Virus record (IMG/VR): IMGVR_UViG_3300050015_000370
Origin: an uncultured virus (IMG/VR IMGVR_UViG_3300050015_000370)
Taxonomy: Duplodnaviria; Heunggongvirae; Uroviricota; Caudoviricetes
Strand: one strand, 5' to 3'
DNA length: 64,000 nt
Below, piece by piece: positions 30,001 through 39,482 of this stretch. Below the pieces are notes generated by a model. That model made no database searches, was not told the origin of the DNA, and worked only from the letters and a program-made list of their open reading frames with translations. Positions within the stretch are counted from its first letter, which is position 1; the number at the start of each line of letters is the position of its first letter. The translations under genes and the position numbers were made by a program.

Positions 30001-32586
30001 AAATCAAAGACAGAACCCTTCATGTTTTATCAGGATTCAAGTGATGGTATGAATAAATTAGTCAATAAAATACAATTTACTATCGCTGATACTGTTCATG
30101 AATCTATGTATGTGGAAAATCCATTTTCAACAGTAGATGAAATAATAATAAATACCGTAACGGATATAAAAACCATCAAAAATATATGGCATGCTTTTAA
30201 CGTTCTTCCAATAAGCATATCATTGATGAGTATAAATAAGGTTAAGGATTTAGATGTAACGGTAAATACATCGGCATTTAAAAGTGATTATTGGTATAAA
30301 CGCGAAAATGATGCGTCAACAAATGTCATGATGATTAAAGATGCAACATCAACAATTATATCTAATAGAAATTCCTATGTGTTTAACACTGGTGCCGGAA
30401 TAATGAGAAGTGTTGATAACCCGTCAGAACAGATACCGTTTGGTCCGACTACAAAATTCAACACATTCAATGGACCAGTAATGATAAACGGTATGAATGT
30501 TAGTATATCTTATGACTCTTTTGACAGTTCACTTAATTTAACATCATATAATACATCAAGTGTAGAGGAATCTTTTTTAAATTATTATGAAGATGCATCA
30601 ATGATGTCTCTAAAATATAGTCTTACTGTGCCATATGTTACTAAATGGGTAGGTTTGGGAACTGATTGTAGAAATAACGAAATGCAACTTACTATAGATG
30701 GTTCTTTATTTGCCCCAAATTCATCAACCAATTTTATACCTGTAAAAGGTGGTAAATTTTCTAATGAAATATCTTTACCATCATTTAAATATTTAAGTCC
30801 TGGTGATAGAAGTTGGGAAGATTATGTATATTATGATTTAAATGATATAATAGTTGACGAAAATATCAGATATAGAATTAAAGATTTCATGTTTGACCGT
30901 CCATATGTAGATGTTTTTTCAAAGATCATCTATACTAATGACAGTATTGACAAAACAAAAACAAAAAATACAAATTTATACTTTAATTCATTTAGAAATT
31001 CTGTAGATACAATCTTTAGTGGTGTTAGTTTATCATTTACCGTATCATCAAAATTTAATAATTTGATAGATATAACCAAATATAACAATTATAGGTTTGC
31101 CATGATTTCAACTACATGTAGAAATTATTCGAATAATAAACCTATAGAAGTCATAATTAATGAGAATAAACAGACGGTATTAATGATATGGTATCAGGGT
31201 TCTGATTCGTTAAATTTTTCTAATAGAAATTCAACGAAGATGAAAGGTAAAAATATGTTATTTGGGAATGAAACATCTAAATCATTTAGATGGTTAAACA
31301 ATTTAAACAATGATGCGTCTGTTAACACATTTGCTAAAACATCATTTTTTATTCACACAGATGTTCAACTACCAAGTGTCATAAATGTTTTCAATAAAAC
31401 ATTTGACCCTTCTACGGTCACGCCATTTTCGCAATTTTCATTCAATGATAATTTAGGAATTGGCAGCATTATAACAACTTTCGGAACAAATAGTGTTGTC
31501 AACACAGTTTTTAACAACCTATCACTCTCATATGACACTTTCCCTGGTTATACACAGTATGGTTCATTTTATGATGTTACTACTTTTAATAATAGCACGG
31601 TTAATTATTCTTATATGCATTCAACTAATTTGAATAATTATAAAAATAAAACAACAAATTTTGAAAATTTTCAAGATATATTACAACGCAATGATGTCTT
31701 TTATAGTATATTAAGAGGTGATGTTGTGTATGATAATTTTACACTTAACCAGACACCTATGTCTGTTGATATTAATGCACCTAAACAATATATGGATATT
31801 TCTACTGGAATATATACATACAATGGATGGTACAAACCTAAGTTTAATAATATTTTAAATTTTTCATCAAATGAGGATATGACTCTTGTGAATATTTTGA
31901 AAAAAGATTTTATGTTCGGAAATACAAATTTAAAAAGTTTCAATTATATCGACCAGTTAGTATTTAATAAAGTTGTTCCTATCGGTGAAACTTCCCCAGG
32001 TAATGGGTTAATAGTTGGCACAGATTTTAATGTCTTTAACTCTTTGTGGGATGCAAATTACTATTCTGAAAATGTAGGTAATATAAGAATATACACAGAT
32101 GGCTATAAATCTTCAAAGGAATTGCCTTCATTTTTTGGGTCAAAATTGATAAGCATTCCAAATTCTATAAAATTAACAAATTGGAATTCTCTATACACAT
32201 CAAGTCTTTATGAAAATTCTCAGATTGTTTTAAAATTTAATCTTTCTAAAAGTATTCAGGATATTTTTCTAAACAATGATGAATTCGTATCTAATTGGAA
32301 TGGTTTAAACAACAACAATAATTATATTTTAAACTATGTTAATGATACGATATTAAATTATTATAATTTAACGTTGTCTAAAATATCTATAAATATGTTC
32401 AATAAGGTTGATGCAGTAAAAATATTTAATCTTACATATGATGATTCTATGAGTATTATGTCTGAACAGAATTTTAAATCTGAATTGGTATATGAAAATA
32501 ATGAATACACATATATTGTCACATTTAATAATGTATATAGCAACACCCAATCATATTACGCAAATATTCTTATCACCAGAAAATAA
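27043..32586 (+). CDS. Very large putative virion protein with an N-terminal beta-propeller-like repeat domain
   Basis: 1847 aa; repeated SL.VYNG.LY.GT...IY.FDG..W blades in the first ~350 aa. Confidence 0.65.
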   Translation: MIVNFNNDLVLTSQNPEAIMTFEESNVTRYVVPFYDSNACTQKLWINGIRDCNLVPTSQTFTAAFDSSEVNLEEFVIFNGILYAATSIPGNIYRFNGLTWEDVYPSTSEGEIRSLAVYNGVLYAGTATNCRVMSSVDGVNWTVSFDGGSLDTHVVSLCVYNGLLYAGLGMLGEIYEFNGTTWTQIGSVSGMPLSMKVFNGLLYIGTYNPSDLYTFDGTTIVNLSIATLTSHPVTHIGAMEIYKNNLYIGATDEATTTTYVFMFDGNVWTTVRIGSENYIHSMGLFDGNLVIGTQTSTNGTVIKYDGTTWTEIYTAGGSAIYGLLAYRDKLYIGTNGVKIIVATTSSNTSVGVKITPSSKSAAFHIFTNSIEDFQTTLKFKIYDANFVDVLDTYSIDIINRPFIIDSSKMSTYDSDNQIIDNQNSFMLLRSNPKFAGNIKLVVDSSNNLFLDTFKVSDILSNKKYRKQQVSANSGFSSDIRTVFSSLPLGEMYKVDKDDVLNVSIPKSELDKQYSTTYNYGARMLDDDLYDEEYSILAPLWIDAKLPDYFCVFRINGSYNDESYGATGSIFDNFASKYISTSSLSKSWSLKSNADLGVYLKNHIDEFKNVKAPVQLSLDEYIENTWYGIAIDKGIVTGRSETPYLFNKTFGNFTDTNAFVSGGFERNNLLCANLINLEYAFNDKDVSTYSMHRYFGLYLTENPLYSISHYNETPTSDIQILSLDGKNSSIFLNSMIFNQSTGDISEDFSNRIFILNDGKNLSRITNKSQILSNEITNRSDTNIFSAVVKKEKNNGFVSLTLENKLQKGEHLRVINITKNIIWEVYSIDSSLIHAGESWPYASTYSPNGLEIVYRTCFSSLGSISEQVIAISKAFTLFQDYDVDCQFSVGMIKNDGFSIITDNSGDQFLFQRITSQTQSTPTSNFNNVYAYTDIKLFGVYSPLETDYATVPIDNTYGPINFELFGDRKTLYVEFLKLNNNIYSFNSIFKSKTEPFMFYQDSSDGMNKLVNKIQFTIADTVHESMYVENPFSTVDEIIINTVTDIKTIKNIWHAFNVLPISISLMSINKVKDLDVTVNTSAFKSDYWYKRENDASTNVMMIKDATSTIISNRNSYVFNTGAGIMRSVDNPSEQIPFGPTTKFNTFNGPVMINGMNVSISYDSFDSSLNLTSYNTSSVEESFLNYYEDASMMSLKYSLTVPYVTKWVGLGTDCRNNEMQLTIDGSLFAPNSSTNFIPVKGGKFSNEISLPSFKYLSPGDRSWEDYVYYDLNDIIVDENIRYRIKDFMFDRPYVDVFSKIIYTNDSIDKTKTKNTNLYFNSFRNSVDTIFSGVSLSFTVSSKFNNLIDITKYNNYRFAMISTTCRNYSNNKPIEVIINENKQTVLMIWYQGSDSLNFSNRNSTKMKGKNMLFGNETSKSFRWLNNLNNDASVNTFAKTSFFIHTDVQLPSVINVFNKTFDPSTVTPFSQFSFNDNLGIGSIITTFGTNSVVNTVFNNLSLSYDTFPGYTQYGSFYDVTTFNNSTVNYSYMHSTNLNNYKNKTTNFENFQDILQRNDVFYSILRGDVVYDNFTLNQTPMSVDINAPKQYMDISTGIYTYNGWYKPKFNNILNFSSNEDMTLVNILKKDFMFGNTNLKSFNYIDQLVFNKVVPIGETSPGNGLIVGTDFNVFNSLWDANYYSENVGNIRIYTDGYKSSKELPSFFGSKLISIPNSIKLTNWNSLYTSSLYENSQIVLKFNLSKSIQDIFLNNDEFVSNWNGLNNNNNYILNYVNDTILNYYNLTLSKISINMFNKVDAVKIFNLTYDDSMSIMSEQNFKSELVYENNEYTYIVTFNNVYSNTQSYYANILITRK

Positions 32587-32617
32587 GGATAAATATTAAA
32601 AATAATACTATTTAAGT

Positions 32618-34594
32618 ATGAACAAATTTAGCATGAGCTCGGGGTTACCAGGATATGGTACATTTGGAACAGACGGATCTTCCGGTCTCAACGGTTTTTC
32701 ATTCTATACTTCAGATTTGAGTGGGGTAAATAATCAAAGTGCGTTAACTGCAAAGATTACGGCCAATCAAAGTTTATATAATGTGATCACAACACCTAGT
32801 TTGAGACCATACCAAACGGGGGATACGTTTGTTGATAATAATTCAACACTATGGAAGATTAATTTATTGACGGGATTTAAATATGAATCGACCGGAATAC
32901 AATTAGGTTCTGGAAATATATTCAATAAATTGACTATTGCGGATGGTATAATTCCTTTTGAACGATATTCCAACAATCAAACTGTTGGAAATCAAAAAAC
33001 AATCGACCTAGTTTTTACAGGTGATAATACACAAGCAAATTATGTTCAAAACACCAATAATATTTATGGAATATCACCTTTAAAATATGGTCAGATAGTT
33101 TTTAATTCATTTTTATGCCCAAACACATCTTCTGAATACATACGTCCATTTACAATTTGGAACAATGGTATAAATGAACCTATAGGTATGATGGCGTTAG
33201 TTTGTGATAGCAATTCTGTATGGCATTTAGGAAATACAGATTCATTAACTTCTGTTCCTGTTTCAAACACTAAATTTTTATTAGATTTTGAAACTGTTTC
33301 AAAAAATAAACTTGGAGTACCTTATGAACTTCTTTCAAAATTTGAAATTGAAGCGACACCGTTATTTGATGGTAATTTAAATTTAAATTCTCCATCTCTT
33401 GTTATTTCTAGAAATTCAACGGTTGTTACAGTTGTATGGGATAAACAAGCGATTTTAAACACAGTAAATGATAGTAATATTTATGGTAAACTTGTAGTGT
33501 ATAAAAAAGATACAAGTACATCATTCAGTGCATTTTCAACGGCTGATGTTTTAGTTTTAGAGGATATAAGTTCAACTGGAACAGTGAATGTAACAGGAGT
33601 AGATCCTGGATTTACATATGGTGCATATATAGAATTTACATATAACGGATGGGTAAGAAAAACAAATCCAAAAATTGCTGAGTTATTATTCATAACGTTA
33701 ACTCCTGATACTCTATCAAATTATATTGCTGCCGGCCAAACAAAGAGTGTTTATTTAACATCAAATGTCACATGGACAGCAAATTCAACGTCTTGGCTCA
33801 CAGTATCACCTAATTCAGGTGGTATAACTAGCACACCTTTGCTTGTAAACATAACAGCAAGTCAACAAGCTGATGCAGCAGCACTTAGAACATTTCCTCT
33901 TATATTCACAGGTAATGGTGGATCCGTTGTCACAAATCTTTCAATAACACAAGATTCATCTATAGCAGGTGTAGATTATGTTACTACATCATATAATGCC
34001 ATAGACTTTACTGCTCCAGGCGTTGGAACACCTTCATCTTTTAATGTAATATCTAACACAAGTTGGACATTAACTAAACCTTCATGGGTGAATGCAAATG
34101 TTACATCAGGTGCAGCAGGAACAACATTGGTAACAGTATCTGCGGTTGCAAATACTATAGCAAGTATGATGACAGGTAATATTTCTATAACGGCGGGTAC
34201 TGCAAGTGCAACGGTTTATTGTAGTCAAGCAGCTTATGTATCTAGTCAAGTCGGTATTTTACAAGTAACAGATAATAATGGTAATGTTATTCCTTTTGGA
34301 ACGCCACCTACATATAGTGTTTATTTAACACCTTGGAATTTCCAAGTACGTAACTTAAGTGCTACACAAACTCTTACAATAAACAATATATATAAGAGTT
34401 CTTATGATCCACCTTTTAGAATGACAGTTGGTAGTGCTGTACTTTACGCTCCATATACTGGAACATTGGCACCTGGAGGTGTTCTTAACTGTTCAATATG
34501 GTGTAACGGATCACCCGGTGGTTATATTCAAGCGACTGTGTGGATTAACACTTCAGACAAAAATTTAAGTTTCTCCGCGGTTTACGGTGCTTAA
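32618..34594 (+). CDS. Putative tail/receptor-binding protein with two BACON-like Ig domains
   Basis: TSNVTWTANSTSWLTVSPNSG and ISNTSWTLTKPSWV.....SG...T.VTV.A.AN. Confidence 0.65.
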   Translation: MNKFSMSSGLPGYGTFGTDGSSGLNGFSFYTSDLSGVNNQSALTAKITANQSLYNVITTPSLRPYQTGDTFVDNNSTLWKINLLTGFKYESTGIQLGSGNIFNKLTIADGIIPFERYSNNQTVGNQKTIDLVFTGDNTQANYVQNTNNIYGISPLKYGQIVFNSFLCPNTSSEYIRPFTIWNNGINEPIGMMALVCDSNSVWHLGNTDSLTSVPVSNTKFLLDFETVSKNKLGVPYELLSKFEIEATPLFDGNLNLNSPSLVISRNSTVVTVVWDKQAILNTVNDSNIYGKLVVYKKDTSTSFSAFSTADVLVLEDISSTGTVNVTGVDPGFTYGAYIEFTYNGWVRKTNPKIAELLFITLTPDTLSNYIAAGQTKSVYLTSNVTWTANSTSWLTVSPNSGGITSTPLLVNITASQQADAAALRTFPLIFTGNGGSVVTNLSITQDSSIAGVDYVTTSYNAIDFTAPGVGTPSSFNVISNTSWTLTKPSWVNANVTSGAAGTTLVTVSAVANTIASMMTGNISITAGTASATVYCSQAAYVSSQVGILQVTDNNGNVIPFGTPPTYSVYLTPWNFQVRNLSATQTLTINNIYKSSYDPPFRMTVGSAVLYAPYTGTLAPGGVLNCSIWCNGSPGGYIQATVWINTSDKNLSFSAVYGA

Positions 34595-34620
34595 ACTATA
34601 ATAATTAAAATAAAAATATC

Positions 34621-35445
34621 ATGGTAGATACTACAAAAATAACCGAAACGATAACAACAGTGAAGACAGGATATACAAATATCCTGTCTTTCATGAATGC
34701 AAATATGAAATTAATAATGGGTATAATAATCCTTGTTCTTTTCTTTGCATTAACATTCAAACAATGTCAGTTAGATTCAAAATCAAAGTCATTGATAATA
34801 ATGAATGACTCTGTAAAAGTATTAAAGAATAAAGCAGGCGAATTATATGCAAGTAACAATGCTTATGTAATTACATCTGATGATTTAAAGAAGGTCAATA
34901 AAGAATTGTATGATGAAAATGCAAAATTAAAAAGACAAAAACCATTGGTTGTAATACAAACGATCCCGAAAATAGAGTACAGAGACACTACTTTGACAAC
35001 TTTCATATCATCATATTTTGATAAGGATAAAAACAAAGTATTTAATTTAACATGGAATAAAGACACCGTTTATAGCAAATCAAATTCTTTTAAATTAAAA
35101 GGATCTACATTTGTGAAAGTAGATCCAATATTAAATGTGGTTGCATACGGCTCTAAGATAGATTCATTAGATATAAGTATGAAATTATTTCTATCTGTGA
35201 TTGAAAATGCTAAAACAAATAAGTTAGAAATAATTGCTAGAACAGATTTTCCTGGAGTTAAATTTAACGAATTGGAAGGTTATGTAATAGATCCACAAAA
35301 AATTAAATCTATAAAAGAAGTTATTCCTAAGAAAAGATGGGGTCTAGGTGTTTATGGTGGATTTGGATTTTCAGGAAACACATCATCTATGGAGATAGGT
35401 CCAAGTGTTGGTGTAGCTTTAACATATGATTTCTTGCAATGGTAA
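34621..35445 (+). CDS. Membrane-anchored protein with coiled coil and C-terminal amphipathic beta-hairpin (possible spanin-like lysis protein)
   Basis: N-terminal TM helix; ends KKRWGLGVYGGFG...VGVALTYDFLQW. Confidence 0.45.
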   Translation: MVDTTKITETITTVKTGYTNILSFMNANMKLIMGIIILVLFFALTFKQCQLDSKSKSLIIMNDSVKVLKNKAGELYASNNAYVITSDDLKKVNKELYDENAKLKRQKPLVVIQTIPKIEYRDTTLTTFISSYFDKDKNKVFNLTWNKDTVYSKSNSFKLKGSTFVKVDPILNVVAYGSKIDSLDISMKLFLSVIENAKTNKLEIIARTDFPGVKFNELEGYVIDPQKIKSIKEVIPKKRWGLGVYGGFGFSGNTSSMEIGPSVGVALTYDFLQW

Positions 35446-35454
35446 AATAAAACA

Positions 35455-35919
35455 TCATTCGAGTTCAATAAAATCTGTGTGGAGTTCTCCGGTAAATGAT
35501 ATTGAATCTATATAATCTTTAATAACTTCTTTTGATAAAGATGTATGTCTACAATAAAATTCTCTTTTAATATATTTTGGAGCAAATTCTAGTGATGTAA
35601 TATTATTTGCTTCACAATCAAATATATCATTTACACATCTTGGACATCCTCTTAATGTAGTTAAATTATTATCATCTATTCTAAAATTTCCATCAACAAT
35701 ATCAAATTGGATATATTCTGGAAGATTACCAATTGAACGTTTTTCTAAATATACGTTACTTGTGACGCCTATACTATAATCATCATTTATATAATATTTT
35801 CTTATATTGTATTTTTCTAACCATTCTTCAATAAGTTTTTTTCTACCAATTCCTAAAGATGATAGTTTTGAATCAGAAGATCCTCTTTGAAAATTCAAAT
35901 GTTCATTTATAAGTTTCAT
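35455..35919 (-). CDS. Variable LRR-like family protein (1 unit), isolated copy
   Basis: MKLINEHL leader; FQRG..SKLSSLGIG...IEEWL; LPEYIQFD; LTTLRGCP. Confidence 0.85.
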   Translation of the reverse strand: MKLINEHLNFQRGSSDSKLSSLGIGRKKLIEEWLEKYNIRKYYINDDYSIGVTSNVYLEKRSIGNLPEYIQFDIVDGNFRIDDNNLTTLRGCPRCVNDIFDCEANNITSLEFAPKYIKREFYCRHTSLSKEVIKDYIDSISFTGELHTDFIELE

Positions 35920-35920
35920 A

Positions 35921-37714
35921 CTATTTTACCTTAAGACTTGAATTTTCATCTGTTAAGGCCTTGTTTGTCGCTTGTAATTCTAAAATTTGAGCATTTAGAT
36001 CACTAACAGTTGTTAATTTATCATAATTGGCTATAACAGCGTTGTAATTACCATAACTAAAATATACACCTTCATAAAATGTATATTGAGTACCATCAGC
36101 ATTTTTTATTATGATAGAATAATTGTTATTTTTTTGCAACATCAACTTATCAATCTGAGAACTCATTATCTTAAATTCTAATTCTCCAATTACAGTGTTC
36201 ATATTAGTAGAATATGTTGGTGATAGTTCTATCTTTGAATTATCATCTAACTTAAACGTTAATGCATAATTATATGCACCTGAAAGGTCTACATTTATTT
36301 TACTATTTGATGTTGAAAATTTTTCAAATTTAAATTTATATATAGAATCGTTGGATTTCAGGAATAGAGGTCCTGTTCCCTGTGGGAAAACTTCATTGTT
36401 ATAATTTAATACAACTGTTGTTGTATCAAAATAAAGTTTTGTATATTTTGTTTGTGTAACTTTATTATTTACTAAATTCGCCGATTTTTCAGATTCTATC
36501 TTATTATAGACATTATATGGAATGATGTTGTCAACGTTCAACCTAGTAAATTTAAGCCCGTATTTTTTGGGATCCATAGAAGCAAAAGATGCCTTTCTTA
36601 TTATCTGTGTACCGTCCATTCTATTCAAAAGTCTACACACATATTGTATGATATAACTTGTGTCAAGGTCGGCATTACGTAAAACAGGTCTAAACATATT
36701 TGAACTTGCAAAATTATCCTCCTGTGTAAAAACAAATTTTTGTGTTAATAATGATGCTCCACCACCGTTTCCAATCATACTTTCATAAACATATATCTCA
36801 TGCATTAACACCCACTTGGCGGATGCTTCACCATAAATATCAGCGAATTCTTGATAATTATCGTTTGGATTATTTGATGTATATAATTTTATTCTACCGC
36901 TTTCTATATCTGCCATATGTTGTCCTATAACATCATCTGCCCAGGTTGCATAGTATTCAATAAAATCGCCATATGTAGATTCATATATGATACAATTAAA
37001 ATTATCGGCCACACTTGATACCGGTATTTGAACATTTGAATATTCATTGGCAATAAATGTATTGTTTATAACACTATCTATTTCACTATATATTATATAA
37101 ATATCACTTAACGCATTTATTAATAATGAATTTCCTAAAAGTGTAGACCTATCAGATGATAATGCTTGTACAGAAGGTATTTTAAATAGAATATATTTAT
37201 CGTAAAATTTATTACCAAGATGTAAAACATTTGATGAAAATTGTACGACTGCAGCTGAAGATAATGCGTCCGCTTGTTTTATATACGTAAAATTAGAAAG
37301 ATCAACAAGGTTGCCAGATTCGCTCATCGCTCTTATCTGACATAAAAACCCGGCAATGTCATCAAAATTATATCCTGAAACAAAATGTAATTTTATGGTG
37401 TCATGATTATATTGGCCAACACTTGATACATTTGTAGATGAATCAAATAAATTTACATATTGTGTTATATCCAAAGGATTTATCCACCATGAGGTTCTTA
37501 GAGAATTTGATGGTTCCGCATTAAATTCAAGCACATTATTTGTTATACCTAATGAATTTGGTTTATTGGTATTGAAATATTGTTTAGTTCCTAATTTAGT
37601 TGTAGCTATTTTTGCTCCTAATGTAGAAAGATTTAACGTAACATTATCACGGTTCATCTCATATTCAACCAAACAAAAATCAGATATAGCGATATATTTA
37701 CTTATATTATTCAT
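35921..37714 (-). CDS. Hypothetical protein, probably structural
   Basis: 597-aa ORF with GATATATA upstream; C-terminal coiled coil. Confidence 0.6.
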   Translation of the reverse strand: MNNISKYIAISDFCLVEYEMNRDNVTLNLSTLGAKIATTKLGTKQYFNTNKPNSLGITNNVLEFNAEPSNSLRTSWWINPLDITQYVNLFDSSTNVSSVGQYNHDTIKLHFVSGYNFDDIAGFLCQIRAMSESGNLVDLSNFTYIKQADALSSAAVVQFSSNVLHLGNKFYDKYILFKIPSVQALSSDRSTLLGNSLLINALSDIYIIYSEIDSVINNTFIANEYSNVQIPVSSVADNFNCIIYESTYGDFIEYYATWADDVIGQHMADIESGRIKLYTSNNPNDNYQEFADIYGEASAKWVLMHEIYVYESMIGNGGGASLLTQKFVFTQEDNFASSNMFRPVLRNADLDTSYIIQYVCRLLNRMDGTQIIRKASFASMDPKKYGLKFTRLNVDNIIPYNVYNKIESEKSANLVNNKVTQTKYTKLYFDTTTVVLNYNNEVFPQGTGPLFLKSNDSIYKFKFEKFSTSNSKINVDLSGAYNYALTFKLDDNSKIELSPTYSTNMNTVIGELEFKIMSSQIDKLMLQKNNNYSIIIKNADGTQYTFYEGVYFSYGNYNAVIANYDKLTTVSDLNAQILELQATNKALTDENSSLKVK

Positions 37715-37729
37715 TTAATGCTTTTATCT

Positions 37730-37737
37730 TATATATC
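37730..37737 (-). promoter_or_regulatory. Putative late promoter GATATATA
   Basis: Recurrent octamer, 15 nt before ATG 37714. Confidence 0.55.
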
Positions 37738-37755
37738 CGAGAAGATGATTTGTTT

Positions 37756-37795
37756 AAAAAATAATGCCGAAATAAACATAAAGTTACCTCGGCAT
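37756..37795 (-). terminator. Intrinsic terminator after the glycosyltransferase
   Basis: Minus strand ATGCCGAGGTAA...TTATTTCGGCAT stem, then TATTTTTT. Confidence 0.6.
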
Positions 37796-37817
37796 CAAAA
37801 ATTATCATTATAAAAAA

Positions 37818-38870
37818 CTATTTAAAATATTTAATCCATATTTTTTTAGTTTTATTAGTATAACGTGTTAATAGATATTGATTTGTTTTTACATTAAATT
37901 TTGTAAAAAAATATGTAAGCCACAATTTAAATAATATACTGTTTGTATTTGTTGGGTTTGACATAAATATCGGATTCATCCATCCAATTTCGTGTGATCC
38001 AACCAATGGAATACCTTTGCTTATTAAATCAGCACCAACAATATTAAAAGTTTCTGAGAATGATACTTGCATACCCATATCCATACTTTCACATAATTCT
38101 AAAAATTCTTCTCTTGGCATCCAAGTATGCTCAATTAATTTATGTTTTTGGTTTGATAATTCTTGGAATAGTCCGATCAAATTTTTATGAACAGAATCGC
38201 CTTTCATTTCATATCTGCCTATATTGATATGAAAATGAAGTATCTTACCGATAGATTCAGCAAACTTTATGGCTGCTATCGCTTGATTTAGATGGTTTTT
38301 AAGAGGTCTAATAGCACCAAAACATGCTATATTGATAACTTCATTTCCTTTATTAAATTTCTTAATTTTATAATTTTGTGGAAAATAGTTAGGCAAATAT
38401 ATAACCTTTTCGTCTTCATTTTCAATACAATCATTTTGAGTATTGATATAAAATTTAAAATCATTAAAAATTCTTTTTGCGTTAAAGGCTATTATAACAT
38501 TATCAAATTTTACATATTCGCTGAGCCATGTCATTGCGTTTCCTTCATTTGCAATAAATGGTATCTCACTGTGCATACGTATTATCCATTTTATGTTTGG
38601 GTGAAGTTTCTGTAATATTTGAAATTTTTCAGGAACAACCCAAAGAGCTTCAATGATAACATGAGTTGGTTTGTATTTTGTAACCTCTCTATCAATGTCA
38701 TTATTATCATTGACTACAACCATATTTGATTCGATACCCGCAAAATAAAGCATTTGATCCACAAATTTTGCAGAGTTATATAAACCTGTACTTAAACTCT
38801 CATTATAATTTTTTGTAAGATCATAATCACTTCTTTTCTTTAAAATAAATAGAACTTTATTTGTTGTCAT
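37818..38870 (-). CDS. GT-B fold glycosyltransferase (family 4-like)
   Basis: FGAIRPLKN and SFSETFNIVGAD...GIPLVGS motifs. Confidence 0.75.
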   Translation of the reverse strand: MTTNKVLFILKKRSDYDLTKNYNESLSTGLYNSAKFVDQMLYFAGIESNMVVVNDNNDIDREVTKYKPTHVIIEALWVVPEKFQILQKLHPNIKWIIRMHSEIPFIANEGNAMTWLSEYVKFDNVIIAFNAKRIFNDFKFYINTQNDCIENEDEKVIYLPNYFPQNYKIKKFNKGNEVINIACFGAIRPLKNHLNQAIAAIKFAESIGKILHFHINIGRYEMKGDSVHKNLIGLFQELSNQKHKLIEHTWMPREEFLELCESMDMGMQVSFSETFNIVGADLISKGIPLVGSHEIGWMNPIFMSNPTNTNSILFKLWLTYFFTKFNVKTNQYLLTRYTNKTKKIWIKYFK

Positions 38871-38921
38871 TTGTTTTTATTTTATATATACAAAAATGCC
38901 ATGAAAAATTGGTCTATTATG

Positions 38922-39013
38922 TTAACATTTTTTAACTAAATTAAACGAAACCTTTCTCGTGGCAGGAGTATAAGTAGTAACTTCATCCCCATTTAAAAAA
39001 CTTAAGGGAGCTG
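38922..39013 (+). repeat. 92-bp direct repeat, copy 1 (contains AAAC-N17-TATAA)
   Basis: 91 of 92 nt identical to 39158..39249. Confidence 0.95.
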
Positions 39014-39157
39014 GTGAGAAATTTATACTTTAAATCATATATTTTATCAATTATCCGTTTCACCTCGAATAACCCATGTGTATCCAAATTCATTTGTTGG
39101 TGTAACTTATTAAACACTTCTAATCATTAAAAAATCACCCTGGATCACTATAAAAAT

Positions 39158-39249
39158 TTAACATTTTTTAACTAAATTAAACGAAACCTTTCTCGTGGCA
39201 GGAGTATAAGTAGTAACTTCATCCCCCTTTAAAAAACTTAAGGGAGCTG
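39158..39249 (+). repeat. 92-bp direct repeat, copy 2
   Basis: Single difference from copy 1: CCCCATTT vs CCCCCTTT. Confidence 0.95.
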
Positions 39250-39284
39250 AAATAAAAACATATGGGTTTTGTTCGAATTTTAAT

Positions 39285-39326
39285 TATATTTGCATATCAA
39301 AACATATATTGGTTTACATCATATAA
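39285..39326 (+). promoter_or_regulatory. TATATTTG (-7 type, 39285-39292) plus AAAC-N18-TATAA (39300-39326) upstream of the polymerase C-half
   Basis: Both motifs recur elsewhere in the window. Confidence 0.6.
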
Positions 39327-39341
39327 CATATAAAAAGAATA

Positions 39342-39482
39342 ATGGAGCAAGGAAAAAAATACATAATTGAAGATATCGAAAGTTGTGAGCAAATAGGAGA
39401 ATTTTCCAATGAATTTGTATATGATATAGAGGTAGATGATGAATCACATACCTTTATAGTAAATGATATTTTGGTGCATAAT
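39342..39482 (+). mobile_element. Split intein C-fragment (IntC) in PolB, Ser+1
   Basis: Ends His-Asn before Ser; has no block A or B. Confidence 0.9.

Noticed and set aside
38922..39249. Direct repeat as a CRISPR array
   Set aside because: Only two copies, 92-bp repeat and 144-bp spacer, and no cas genes in the window.
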